DNA of 64,000 bases from Macrostomum lignano (Eukaryota): positions 186,001 through 250,000 of the forward strand of contig NIVC01000260.1 of assembly GCA_002269645.1 (NCBI GenBank), in the 5' to 3' direction. The notes below the pieces were generated by a model that was given only the letters and a program-made list of their open reading frames with translations, had not been told where the DNA came from and made no database searches. This document shows positions 1-58,870 of this stretch, one piece after another. Numbering within the stretch: position 1 is the first letter of the stretch; each line of letters opens with the position of its first letter. Both the position numbers and the translations under genes were made by a program.

Positions 1-245
<245 letters not shown>

Positions 246-895
246 TTGGCTTGAACCGATCCAGGCCGCCAGGAGTTCTTGTGCTGACCTCATTGTCAGC
301 AAAAGTACCGCTGGAGCTGCATCCGCCGCTGGCAACCCGGATGCGCCGCCCCCTTCCCCCTGGTGCAGGCTCGCATGTATGACGCCAAAGTGCGCAGTCG
401 CTTCTGTGAATGCAATCTCAAAAAAGTGGGACTCCGGGCCAACACTTCCTTCCTTCCTTCCCGGGCACAGAAGGGGCACCTGAGGTCCATTGTCGCTCAA
501 AAAATGATGGATTTAAATGAACTTGGAGGATAATCGAGGCCCTAGCAGTTACAGCTAGGAAAAGGTATTTGAGACCAGTCACATTGACAGTCTTCTGCTC
601 AAGAAATTTTCCCTCATTACTAATTTTATTGTCGGGCTGTCAGCAGCTCAATACACCGCGTACTTTTGATCGATCTTTCTTCTTACTACTCAACGATCGT
701 TAACTAAAGCTCCGTTCCCACACAATAAGTTGATCGATTTTCTATTTTTGACTAACAAATCTATTTACTGCTACTTTTACTAAGTAGTGCAATTCAGACA
801 TGTTCGTAAGATTATCCACTTTGTTTCCGTCAACAGAGATACGAGCGTAGCCTTAATGACAAGCAGGCGACGTTCCTGTCGAACGGATTTATTAA

Positions 896-2240
896 TGTCT
901 TACTGGTGATTCTCCTGTCTTACTGGTGATGTTCCTGTCTTACTGTTGATGTTCCTGTCTTACTGGTGATTCTCCTGTCTTACTGGTGATGTTCCTGTCT
1001 TACTGGTGATTCTCCTGTCTTACTGGTGATGTTCCTGTCTTACTGGTGAGGTTCCTGTCTTACTGGTGATTCTCCTGTCTTACTGGTGATTCTCCTGTCT
1101 TACTGGTGATTCTCCTGTCTTACTGGTGAGGTTCCTGTCTTACTTGTGATACTCCTGTCTTACTGGTGATTCTCCTGTCTTACTGGTGATGTTCCTGTCT
1201 TACTGGTGATTCTCCTGTCTTACTGGTGATGTTCCTGTCTTACTGGTGAGGTTCCTGTCTTACTGGTGATTCTCCTGTCTTACTGGTGATTCTCCTGTCT
1301 TACTGGTGATTCTCCTGTCTTACTGGTGATTCTCCTGTCTTACTGGTGATGTTCCTGTCTTACTGGTGAGGTTCCTGTCTTACTGGTGATTCTCCTGTCT
1401 TACTGGTGATTCTCCTGTCTTACTGGTGATTCTCCTGTCTTACTGGTGATTCTCCTGTCTTACTGGTGATGTTCCTGTCTTACTGGTGAGGTTCCTGTCT
1501 TACTGGTGATTCTCCTGTCTTACTGGTGATTCTCCTGTCTTACTGGTGATTCTCCTGTCTTACTGGTGATTCTCCTGTCTTACTGGTGAGGTTCCTGTCT
1601 TACTTGTGATACTCCTGTCTTACTGGTGATTCTCCTGTCTTACTGGTGATGTTCCTGTCTTACTGGTGATTCTCCTGTCTTACTGGTGATGTTCCTGTCT
1701 TACTGGTGAGGTTCCTGTCTTACTGGTGATGTTCCTGTCTTACTGGTGATTCTCCTGTCTTACTGGTGATGTTCCTGTCTTACTAGTGATGTTCCTGTCT
1801 TACTGGTGATTCTCCTGTCTTACTGGTGATTCTCACTGTCTTACTGGTGATGTTCCTGTCTTACTGGTGAGGTTCCTGTCTTACTGGTGATGTTCCTGTC
1901 TTACTGGTGATGTTCCTGTCTTACTGGTGATGTCTTACTGGTGATGTTCCTGTCTTACTGGTGAGGTTCCTGTCTTACTGGTGATGTTCCTGTCTTACTG
2001 GTGATGTCTTACTGGTGATGTTCCTGTCTTACTGGTGATGTCTTACTGGTGATGTTCCTGTCTTACTGGTGATTCTCCTGTCTTACTGGTGATGTTCCTG
2101 TCTTACTGGTGATTCTCCTGTCTTACTGGTGATGTTCCTGTCTTACTGGTGATTCTCCTGTCTTACTGGTGATTCTCCTGTTTAAGTGGTGATTCTCCTG
2201 TCTTACTGGTGATTCTCCTGTCTTACTGGTGATTCTCCTG
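896..2240. repeat. 20-bp minisatellite (cctgtcttactggtgattct / ...gatgtt variants)
   Basis: About 65 tandem units visible directly. Confidence 0.97.
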
Positions 2241-2640
2241 TCTTTGGAGGGACATCAGGGCGGTGACTATGGCATCGTTACCTCTAGGGAAAAATCCGCA
2301 TTGAGGAATTCCAATTTTGCCTCTCCGGTGTCGAGAATGCGGAGCACTTCATCTGTGAATGCCCCGCCTTTACTCAGGAGAGGCTCGCCTACCTCGGCCC
2401 AAACCCGGACCTCTCCGACGTTTTCAAACTCGAGAATGTCTGGCAGCTCGTCCGCTACCTGAGGGCTGCCGGGCGAGCGACAATTCACCTCCTGGACTCT
2501 CCGGAGGGGGACCGCACTGCGGACACCGGGCACCACCGGAACTCTGCGCGACACCGCAGCACCAGCTGCCCGTGGTCGCCAGTGGTCAGCGGAATGGGCG
2601 TCAACTCCTTCCCCCGCTGTACCCCAGAGCAAGTTAAGTA
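2241..2640 (+). mobile_element. 5'-truncated, decayed 3' fragment of a LOA/R1-group non-LTR retrotransposon (copy C)
   Basis: Translates to RDIRAVTMA...[33 protein letters not shown]...LVRYLR, homologous to the element B ORF2 C-terminus (RDLRAVSMA...[33 protein letters not shown]...LARYLR). It ends with the shared agcggaatgggcg motif and an aagttaagta tail. Confidence 0.9.
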
Positions 2641-3387
2641 AAACCTTAAGAGCGGGCAAATTCTGAATGAAAAAGAGCGATAAAATTTTCGTTAAAGTTG
2701 TAATCTGAAACTAAATTTCAAATTCGAGCCATGCCTACCAACAGATATTTCATATTTTTTGAGGGTAGTTACTGACCCTCGCATTATTAGCTAGTGAGTC
2801 AGAGTGACAGACCAAGCGGCCAGCAATCCAACATTCGTTGCCAAAATTTGAGGACTCGTTGAACTTAAAGCTGGCTGAATCTCTAGCAAGGGCTCCTCAG
2901 GTGGTGGTTGCGTCTTGCTGAGCAATTTTACCGAATCGGCGACTTTCCTTTGTGTCTTTGAAGTTGCATCCTTCCCGCCCTCGGAGCACCATCTGCAGCT
3001 TTCGCTGGCTCAAAGCACCCCTCCCCCCAAATCAATTTGGAGCCAAAAATATCAAAGTCTCCGATGCGTGGCTTCCTGAGATTTTCGAAATTTCTGGTAG
3101 CACCTGGGCCACGATAATTTCTCTGCGCGCAGAATGTGGCTGCAGCTGTTCGACTCTTTTCTGCGTTGGCGGTGCTCCTAAAGGCGGGGCTGCTGAAATG
3201 CTGTAGCAGCACTCCGCCAACACAGCGCCTAAACAGCTAGAACTCTTTGTTACCGTAGGCGCTGACAAATGCAGGTTGCTCCATGCTTCAAGGATTTTAT
3301 GATCCTATAAAGGAAACCGCAGACGGACGTTCTTACGCAACCTGCAAGCTGCCAGACGGATTCAAAGTGGATGCAGCGTTTCAATCT

Positions 3388-5040
3388 GTCCTAGTCAATC
3401 TGAGCAATTCCCATTCAGTCCCTAGTCAATCTGAGCAATTCCCATTCAGTCCTAGTCAATCTGAGCAATTCCCATTCAGTCCTAGTCAATCTGAGCAATT
3501 CCCATTGAGTCCCTAGTCAATCTGAGCAATTCCCATTCAGTCCCTAGTCAATCTGAGCAATTCCCATTGAGTCCCTAGTCAATCTGAGCAATTCCCATTC
3601 AGTCCCTAGTCAATCTGAGCAATTCCCATTCAGTCCTAGTCAATCTGAGCAATTCCCATTGAGTCCCTAGTCAATCTGAGCAATTCCCATTCAGTCCCTA
3701 GTCAATCTGAGCAATTCCCATTCAGTCCTAGTCAATCTGAGCAATTCCCATTCAGTCCTAGTCAATCTGAGCAATTCCCATTCAGTCCCTAGTCAATCTG
3801 AGCTATTCCCATTCAGTCCTAGTCAATCTGAGCAATTCCCATTGAGTCCCTAGTCAATCTGAGCAATTCCCATTCAGTCCCTAGTCAATCTGAGCAATTC
3901 CCATTCAGTCCCTAGTCAATCTGAGCAATTCCCATTCAGTCCCTAGTCAATCTGAGCAATTCCCATTCAGTCCCTAGTCAATCTGAGCAATTCCCATTCA
4001 GTCCTAGTCAATCTGAGCAATTCCCATTGAGTCCCTAGTCAATCTGAGCAATTCCCATTCAGTCCCTAGTCAATCTGAGCAATTCCCATTGAGTCCTAGT
4101 CAATCTGAGCAATTCCCATTCAGTCCCTAGTCAATCTGAGCAATTCCCATTCAGTCCTAGTCAATCTGAGCAATTCCCATTGAGTCCCTAGTCAATCTGA
4201 GCAATTCCCATTCAGTCCCTAGTCAATCTGAGCAATTCCCATTCAGTCCTAGTCAATCTGAGCAATTCCCATTCAGTCCCTAGTCAATCTGAGCAATTCC
4301 CATTCAGTCCCTAGTCAATCTGAGCAATTCCCATTGAGTCCTAGTCAATCTGAGCAATTCCCATTCAGTCCCTAGTCAATCTGAGCAATTCCCATTCAGT
4401 CCTAGTCAATCTGAGCAATTCCCATTCAGTCCCTAGTCAATCTGAGCAATTCCCATTCAGTCCTAGTCAATCTGAGCAATTCCCATTGAGTCCCTAGTCA
4501 ATCTGAGCAATTCCCATTCAGTCCCTAGTCAATCTGAGCAATTCCCATTCAGTCCTAGTCAATCTGAGCAATTCCCATTCAGTCCTAGTCAATCTGAGCA
4601 ATTCCCATTCAGTCCCTAGTCAATCTGAGCAATTCCCATTCAGTCCTAGTCAATCTGAGCAATTCCCATTGAGTCCCTAGTCAATCTGAGCAATTCCCAT
4701 TCAGTCCCTAGTCAATCTGAGCAATTCCCATTCAGTCCCTAGTCAATCTGAGCAATTCCCATTGAGTCCTAGTCAATCTGAGCAATTCCCATTGAGTCCC
4801 TAGTCAATCTGAGCAATTCCCATTCAGTCCCTAGTCAATCTGAGCAATTCCCATTCAGTCCTAGTCAATCTGAGCAATTCCCATTGAGTCCCTAGTCAAT
4901 CTGAGCAATTCCCATTGAGTCCTAGTCAATCTGAGCAATTCCCATTGAGTCCTAGTCAATCTGAGCAATTCCCATTCAGTCCCTGTCAATCTGAGCAATT
5001 CCCATTCAGTCCTAGTCAATCTGAGCAATTCCCATTCAGT
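3388..5040. repeat. 30/31-bp minisatellite (cctagtcaatctgagcaattcccattcagt)
   Basis: About 54 tandem units. Confidence 0.97.
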
Positions 5041-5347
5041 CCCTAATCGAACAGATAAATAAACTGCCTAGTTTGTAAGCGTTATTAATGCCTACATGAT
5101 GGGTGATGCCGCAGGGAGAGGGACTTCTGGGCGCAGGGGGAGAGAGGGAGAGAGACAGGGAGAGAGGTATGATGCAGGGAGTGGGCAAGATTGGCATTGT
5201 GCGTTGGCGGGTGACAGACAATTAAGCGTGCGATATCGTTACTGATTACACACCCAATACTATCTACAAAATGGACAGGAGATGGAAATAATTTTTCTGC
5301 TTAAGGCTTTTTGGTTGCACCTGGGGCAGTCCCTAGTCCGGAGTGCA

Positions 5348-7470
5348 GAGAGCGGAGTGCTGTAGGGAGTGCAGTAGGGAGTGCAGTATGGAGTGCAGTA
5401 GGGAGTGCAGTAGGGAGTGCAGTAGGGAGTGCAGTAGGGAGTGCAGTAGGGAGTGCAGTAGGGAGTGCAGTAGGGAGTGTAGTAGGGAGTGCAGTAGGGA
5501 GTGCAGTAGGGAGTGCAGTAGGGAGTGCAGTAGGGAGTGCAGTATGGAGTGCAGTAGGGAGTGCAGTATGGAGTGCAGTAGGGAGTGCAGTAGGGAGTGC
5601 AGTAGGGAGTGCTATAGGCAGTGCAGTAGGAAGTGCTATAGGCAGTGCAGTAGGAAGTGCAGTAGGGAGTGCAGTAGGGAGTGCAGTAGGAAGTGCAGTA
5701 GGGAGTGCAGTATGGAGTGCAGTATGGAGTGCAGTAGGGAGTGCAGTAGGGAGTGCTATAGGCAGTGCAGTAGGAAGTGCAGTAGGGAGTGCAGTAGGGA
5801 GTGCAGTAAGGAGTGCTATAGGCAGTGTAGTAGGGAGTGCAGTAGGGAGTGCTATAGGCAGTGCAGTAGGAAGTGCAGTAGGGAGTGCTATAGGCAGTGC
5901 AGTAGGAAGTGCTATAGGCAGTGCAGTAGGGAGTGCAGTAGGGAGTGCAGTATGGAGTGCAGTAGGGAGTGCAGTAGGGAGTGCTATAGGCAGTGCAGTA
6001 TGGAGTGCAGTAGGGAGTGCAGTAGGGAGTGCAGTATGGAGTGCAGTATGGAGTGCAGTAGGGAGTGCAGTAGGGAGTGCTATAGGCAGTGCAGTAGGAA
6101 GTACAGTAGGGAGTGCAGTAGGGAGTGCAGTAGGGAGTGCAGTAAGGAGTGCTATAGGCAGTGTAGTAGGGAGTGCAGTAGGGAGTGCTATAGGCAGTGC
6201 AGTAGGGAGTGCAGTAGGGAGTGCTATAGGCAGTGCAGTAGGAAGTGCTATAGGCAGTGCAGTAGGGAGTGCAGTAGGGAGTGCAGTATGGAGTGCAGTA
6301 GGGAGTGCAGTAGGGAGTGCTATAGGCAGTGCAGTATGGAGTGCAGTAGGGAGTGCAGTAGGGAGTGCAGTATGGAGTGCAGTATGGAGTGCAGTAGGGA
6401 GTGCAGTAGGGAGTGCTATAGGCAGTGCAGTAGGGAGTGCAGTAGGGAGTGCAGTAGGGAGTGCAGTAGGAAGTGCTATAGGCAGTGCAGTAGGAAGTGC
6501 AGTAGGGAGTGCAGTAGGGAGTGCAGTAAGGAGTGCTATAGGCAGTGTAGTAGGGAGTGCAGTAGGGAGTGCTATAGGCAGTGCAGTAGGGAGTGCAGTA
6601 GGGAGTGCTATAGACAGTGCAGTAGGGAGTGCTATAGGCAGTGCAGTAGGGAGTGCAGTAGGGAGTGCTATAGGCAGTGCAGTAGGGAGTGCTATAGGCA
6701 GTGCAGTAGGGAGTGCAGTAGGGAGTGCTATAGGCAGTGCAGTAGGGAGTGCAGTAGGGAGTGCAGTATGGAGTGCAGTAGGGAGTGCAGTAGGGAGTGC
6801 TATAGGCAGTGCAGTAGGGAGTGCAGTAGGGAGTGCAGTATGGAGTGCAGTAGGGAGTGCAGTAGGGAGTGCTATAGGCAGTGCAGTAGGGAGTGCTATA
6901 GGCAGTGCAGTAGGGAGTGCTATAGGCAGTGCAGTAGGGAGTGCTATAGGCAGTGCAGTAGGGAGTGCTATAGGCAGTGCAGTAGGGAGTGCAGTAGGGA
7001 GTGCAGTAGGGAGTGCAGTATGGAGTGCAGTATGGAGTGCAGTAGGGAGTGCAGTAGGGAGTGCTATAGGCAGTGCAGTAGGGAGTGCAGTAGGGAGTGC
7101 AGTAGGGAGTGCAGTAGGGAGTGAAGTATGGAGTGCAGTATGGAGTGCAGTAGGGAGTGCTATAGGCAGTGCAGTAGGGAGTGCAGTATGGAGTGCAGTA
7201 GGGAGTGCTATAGGCAGTGCAGTAGGGAGTGCTATAGGCAGTGCAGTAGGGAGTGCTATAGGCAGTGCAGTGGGGAGTGCTATAGGCAGTGCAGTAGGGA
7301 GTGCTATAGGCAGTGCAGTAGGGAGTGCTATAGGCAGTGCAGTAGGGAGTGCTATAGGCAGTGCAGTAGGGAGTGCTATAGGCAGTGCAGTAGGGAGTGC
7401 TATAGGCAGTGCAGTAGGGAGTGCAGTAGGGAGTGCAGTAGGGAGTGCTATAGGCAGTGCAGTTAGGGGA
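5348..7470. repeat. 12-bp minisatellite (gggagtgcagta, with gctataggca and tatgga variants)
   Basis: About 175 tandem units; explains the long low-complexity ORFs called here. Confidence 0.97.
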
Positions 7471-7858
7471 GTGCTGCAGATGTCTGCTATTTAGTCATCT
7501 TATGTGTGGCTGCGGAACTGCTGAAATGGCGTAGGTTCTTTGAAGCCTCAAAGGATGCTGGGGACCCAAAATGGCTGCCTTCAATCATTCATAAATACTG
7601 ATTGCACCTACAGTTCATGTTTTTCCTGCAGAAAAAAGCAGAAAATCAGAAAGGAGGGACCAGATGGCTGTTGCTTCTTTATAATTGTCTTCAAAAGCAA
7701 TCTTAGAATTTCTGCACCTGTTTCAGACTATTTTATCCATTTGCATGGAATTTTCCTATGGAAATTTCTTGTCGATGCTTGTTTATTGGTCTCGGGCCGA
7801 TGACCGAAACTGATTCTCTGTGATCCCGTGACGCCCACGATCGACGAGAGAGCAACAC

Positions 7859-7900
7859 TATAAAGCCATGCAGGTCCGCGGGCCTGAGAGAGCTCCTCAC
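7859..7900 (+). promoter_or_regulatory. Candidate core promoter (TATAAA at 7859-7864, Inr-like tcact about 35 nt downstream)
   Basis: TATAAA followed by an Inr-like motif, upstream of the ATG at 7975. Confidence 0.4.
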
Positions 7901-7974
7901 TGAGTCACTTGCAGAGTCACCTGCACCGAGTCTCTTCTCCGGCTATTGTATTGCAGCGAAAACGAATTAAGGCA

Positions 7975-8398
7975 ATGTGTCGCGTTATCCGAAAGGCTTT
8001 GCTCTGTGCTAGCGTTGTATGGATTGTAGCCATGGTAACGCAGATGCCCGGTGTAGCCGAGTGTTGTAAGTACTCTGATATTCTGTGTGATGACTCTATC
8101 GCATTTAAACTACGATTCACTCAGAACATATATTTAATTTTTTATTATTGACTCATCGAATTTTCTAGCACCTATTCGACTGTCGGATTTTGACGAGGAC
8201 CCGAAAAGGCCCAGGATGATCACCGAGACGGAGCAGCGCCAGTGCGCCGTGGAGTGGCTGGTCCGCCACCTGCTGGCCCATCGTGCCAGGCAGGCCGACT
8301 GGAGCGAGGACGACGACGTTGACCGGTCGATGTTCTCAGAGCCGCCGCGGCGTCATCAACCGCGAGTGAGGCGGCTCTACAGCCGGTTTAGGATCTGA
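7975..8398 (+). CDS. Two-exon secreted peptide / neuropeptide-precursor-like protein, 106 aa (exons 7975-8065, 8169-8398)
   Basis: GTAAGT donor at 8066 and ttttctAG acceptor at 8168 join in phase. Product: MCRVIRKALLCASVVWIVAMVTQMPGVAEC-SPIRLSDFDEDPKRPRMITETEQRQCAVEWLVRHLLAHRARQADWSEDDDVDRSMFSEPPRRHQPRVRRLYSRFRI*. It has a signal-peptide-like N-terminus and KR/RR sites; AATAAA overlaps the stop (8398-8403). Confidence 0.65.
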
Positions 8399-10121
8399 AT
8401 AAAACAGCGATCGATGGAGATGATGCAGCCCCATCTCCTATAATTGGGCCGTCAGCTACACCATGGGACTTTGGAATTGTTATTTCGTAGCGTAAATTAC
8501 TGTATATTTATTAGGTATAGGGAAGTCCTGATTGACATCTCCGAAATATCTACTATCAATATAGTATAGAGCTCGCTTGAAGTGCGCGTCCACGTTGGCC
8601 CCTTACGCTTCGCTAATAAATACAAAGGCCTATTCAAACTTTAAGAGAAAGCAATATTAATAAATTTAGTTGACAAGATATTTTCTGTCCGCATCATCAA
8701 AAACTTTTGGATTTTTTATAAAATTGTTTGTCTTGCATAACCGGCCGGCTCGTATATAAAAAGTGACTTCATATATGAAGTCGGATAAAATGAACGCGTA
8801 GCAATGGAAGTCGAAGTTAAAGTTTAAACCAGTGGCAGCTATTAGATAAATAAAGCCAATTGTTATTCGTTATTAAAGTAGATATATTTTAGATTTAGTT
8901 CGAAAATCATTACTATAATTCGATTAAAGCCGAGGACAGACAGAAATTGTGCGTGCAAAGTGTGAGATAGTTAGAATTTGGGGAAATAATGCGTATAGCT
9001 TTTTAAAGAATATAGTTTGTTACTTTTAAAAAGGAAAAACTCGTAAAATAAATATATAAAAAGCTACAATTAACAGTTAAATGTGTGATTTTTATGTTGT
9101 CTTCAAAAGCAAAAAAAGCTAAAGCTAGCAGGCCATGCAGCAATAAAATGTTTTTTTTCTTCAGAATAAGTATATCATTCCTCCTTAACCTAGGACCACT
9201 AGCAGTATATCATCACGCTACACTCAAAGATCGTATTTTTTAGGCCAATTTCCGTAAAAAAACACTGCAGAGGTAAAAAAATCTTTTTTTCTTCACAAAT
9301 TTTTTTTCATGGAAATCGGCCTTGTCTTGTAATATCTTGTAATATTTTTCAGATGACTAATTTTTTAAGAAATTCAAAGCATTATATAGCTAAAATCAGA
9401 TTCAAAGCCACTGAAGGTTGGTTGTTTGCCAAAATCATATGTGGGATTTTTATTGTACATGCAGGCTTGTAATAACTAATAAACTACATTCTAAATTTCT
9501 TACTTGAATCATAATGCTTCATTTTAGACTACAAAGCAGCTTGTAAAAATATAATACGCTCGTAGTTACATGTAGCTACATAATATGCACATTAAGAGGC
9601 CGTTTCATGCAGATAAATTTAAGACGCTTTATAATTTTTAGAACCATTTTGCGAACTACAAAGTTTTCTCAGCTTCCTTATAGCTAAATTGAGAGGTGAA
9701 TAAGTTACAAAATTTCCTTTTTTACGAATCAAGGCTTCTTAAAAGCAGCTGTTGAAATCCTGCATAGCCAATGTGATTTCTAATCAAATTAGTAACAGAA
9801 ATGAGGATTTGTTATACTGCTTTGTTTATTGTTCGGTGATTCTGAACCTTTAATAGGGACAAAATTTTAATTGGGATGACGTAATATCGTAACTTCCGAC
9901 CTGCAGTACAAAGCCTAATTATAATGGTTTCCAGCCAAGCAAATTAACAAACTTATACGGATAAAAGGCAAGCACGTTTGATTAACATGGGATTAAAGAT
10001 CAAATAAGCTGAAATTTTGCTACGAAGAATTTTCTGTCGTTTTTGTTGTTTCTGTTGACAGTAGTTTCGTTGTCAAGCCCAACTATTATCGGCTTTAAAA
10101 AAGCTTCATTATTTTCATTCG

Positions 10122-56309
<46,188 letters not shown>

Positions 56310-58603
56310 GGTCGATCGATATAATTTAAATCAATAATATAACGGACAAAAATAGCTTATATATATTGTTGGCACCTCTGGCCAACAATACCAACAACAA
56401 TGATCTTGTTTTAACAGAGCGGTTCCTCGATGCTATAGTAAATGATGTTTGAATAGATTTTTTTTGTTTGAGAGATTTCACCTTGCGCGCTACACAGCTG
56501 GGCCGGGTGTAGGTACAGGTATATACTGCACAGCTGCCATCTCTGTTTGGTGTGTTGGTTGGATGTAAAAACTTCAGTGAGGATTTGCCCCAGCCACTAG
56601 GGAGGGAACAGGCCAGGCGGACAGAGGAGCAGAGAGAGCGCAAAGCTGATGGAGAGAGGCCGGGTAGCTGTCCCAACCGTATGCGGATAATGCAAATTCC
56701 TACGGACTGTGTATGTTCCCCAAGATGCAAGTACGGTGATGCAGTTTTTGCAGCGCTGCTTGCGGTGCTGAAATCGGCCGTGGCTTCGCGATATGCCTTC
56801 GCGTCTGAAAGCACAAAAGCGGCAAAGTTTCCTCGAACTTCTTCCTCTCTCTCTTTCCCTCCTTTCCGCACTCGCGAAAAATCGACGGTATTCGATAACT
56901 AATTTTTCTTGTCCTCTCCAATTCTTTTTCCACGACACGAAAATTCATCCCTTCCCGATCCCTAGGTAGCTAAAAGCAATTTCAGGAGCGTGATCCTGCT
57001 GCGTGAAAAGTTAGAAAAGAAATAAGCTTTTGTTTAGGGGCTGCTGGACCATGTGTTCATCACTGGTGCTGCACAGCTGCGTCCTAAACCTACATGCAGA
57101 AAGGAATGCAGTGTCGTGCGCCTGCAGTATTCCGTACACACAGCATTAGTGTACCAGATATGCGGATTATTTGACTATATACATGTATAATCTGTTTCAG
57201 CGTTGAAAATATCTACATGTATTTTAAGATGCAATTTAGACATGTATGCAACGAGTGAATCTCATTATTTACTCTCTTACATGTACGTGAAGACAATTAC
57301 TTGGAACAAGTTCTGCAAAGCAGATTTATAACTTCCACTACAAATAAAAAATCTATCAATCAAAAATATCGACTACGTAGACAAATGTAGACATACGAAT
57401 TAGAATACTACTCTTACAAGCAAATAATTTTACTTCTGACACATGAGACAGATTTTTACACCCCCAATACGCTCGTACTTGCGTCACTACACACTACACT
57501 TTTGCGTCACTACACACAAGTTCGACAATGAACATGCCATGATCGACTACGGGAAAAAACCTTTGAGCGAGAGAATCATGGACAAAATACTAGTTTTTCG
57601 CTTTATTTTTTCCATGAAAAGAAATTTAAGTAAGAGTGATACAGACATACAGTGTACAATGTTGTGTAGCATAAAAAATCCGAAAAAATAAGCTGTGTTT
57701 CTGTTTATAACAAAACCAAACATAAATAGTCACTAATGGAACTGGTAGGACAACGTTTTCACTTAAAAAGTCTTAGTAAAATCTTTTCTACATGTACGCA
57801 TTAAAATTTTCAGAAAAAAAGTTGCTAGTACCTAAGCTAAATACAAATATGTGATATTTCAAATGCGTATAAATCATTGAGATAATTCGTTCTATTGTTA
57901 TTTCTTTTGTACTACTGTTGTAAGAGCAACAGCCACAAAAAGACAGACGCTTTTGGTTTCGAATAACAGTTAATGCATCGCATTGTATTCCCTTATACTT
58001 AGTATAAACTATAAATAGCATAATTTATATTCGCGTTCAAGTTCAGGTTAATTTACACGCTTTCGTTCTTTTTTGCTTTTAAAAACAAAAGTCTTCTTTA
58101 AAATTTAAGTGTATGATTCCATATTCCAGTGGCAAGTGTGCGCATTAAGTTTAATTTCGAGGCAAGAAAACTATACAGTGTGTAGAAATAGTAGTGAGCT
58201 CTTGAGTCTTGTTTATTTTTACTTTTAGTTCAAATAATCGTTATTTTTATTTTTATTTGAACACTAAATTACAGTTTACAGAAAGTAAATTTATTAATTT
58301 TTACTGAAGACAGTTCAGCTTTACACAGTGTTTGTTAGTTGATAAATAATAAACACTTACATGATTCATTTGTTGTTTTATGCTTAGAAAAATAGATCTC
58401 AAATCACTTAATTACGTCTCATAAGTTATTTTTCTATATTTTAGTCTATTTTCGTTTTTTGGAAGCTAATGGAATTAATTTCTTACTAAATCGAATTTTT
58501 ATATTATTAATGTTTTTTTATTTCAGCAAAATTTAAAACACAAAGCACAAAACGGCGTCTTTAAAAAATTATTGTTTGATTAATTTCAATAAAATTAACA
58601 AAA

Positions 58604-58870
58604 ATGGCATCATCGGTCGCGCCGCAGCCAACTCGCCTGGTCCGGCCGAAGAACTGGAACGAGGAGGTGGAGGACGCCTACAGATTTCAGCTGGCCGGCT
58701 ACAGAGACGCGGCCGAGTACCGCGCTCTGCGGGGGGAGGAGCCGCTCCGCTGGACTGAGACCGGGTTCGTCAAGAAACTTACCCGACGTGACGGCTGCTT
58801 TTATTATTTTAATCGATTGCGCGAATGCCTAGATAAGGACGTGCACAAGTGCAAGCTGTACTGTTACTGA
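58604..58870 (+). CDS. MEIG1: Meiosis-expressed gene 1 protein homolog (88 aa)
   Basis: The sequence ...[25 protein letters not shown]...[40 protein letters not shown] matches the MEIG1 pattern I recognise (W.EE.E..YRFQ.AGYRD..EY...RWP.TG.VKKL.RRD..F.Y.N..REC.DK.VHK.K.Y.Y) and the 88-aa length. A splice acceptor (atttcag) lies at about 58527 in the 5' UTR. Confidence 0.95.
   Translation: MASSVAPQPTRLVRPKNWNEEVEDAYRFQLAGYRDAAEYRALRGEEPLRWTETGFVKKLTRRDGCFYYFNRLRECLDKDVHKCKLYCY

Noticed and set aside
896-5040. CRISPR-like regular repeats (here and elsewhere)
   Set aside because: Head-to-tail units with no unique spacers, no cas genes, and a spliced eukaryotic context.
5311-7494. 727-aa and 593-aa ORFs (GSAV / CSRE repeats)
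   Set aside because: Translations of a stop-free 12-bp minisatellite, open in several frames, with no unique domain.
56326-56948. ORFs upstream of the ITPR start
   Set aside because: No homology or consistent splicing into the ITPR frame; probably 5' UTR or promoter. The ATG at 56309 already matches the family N-terminus.
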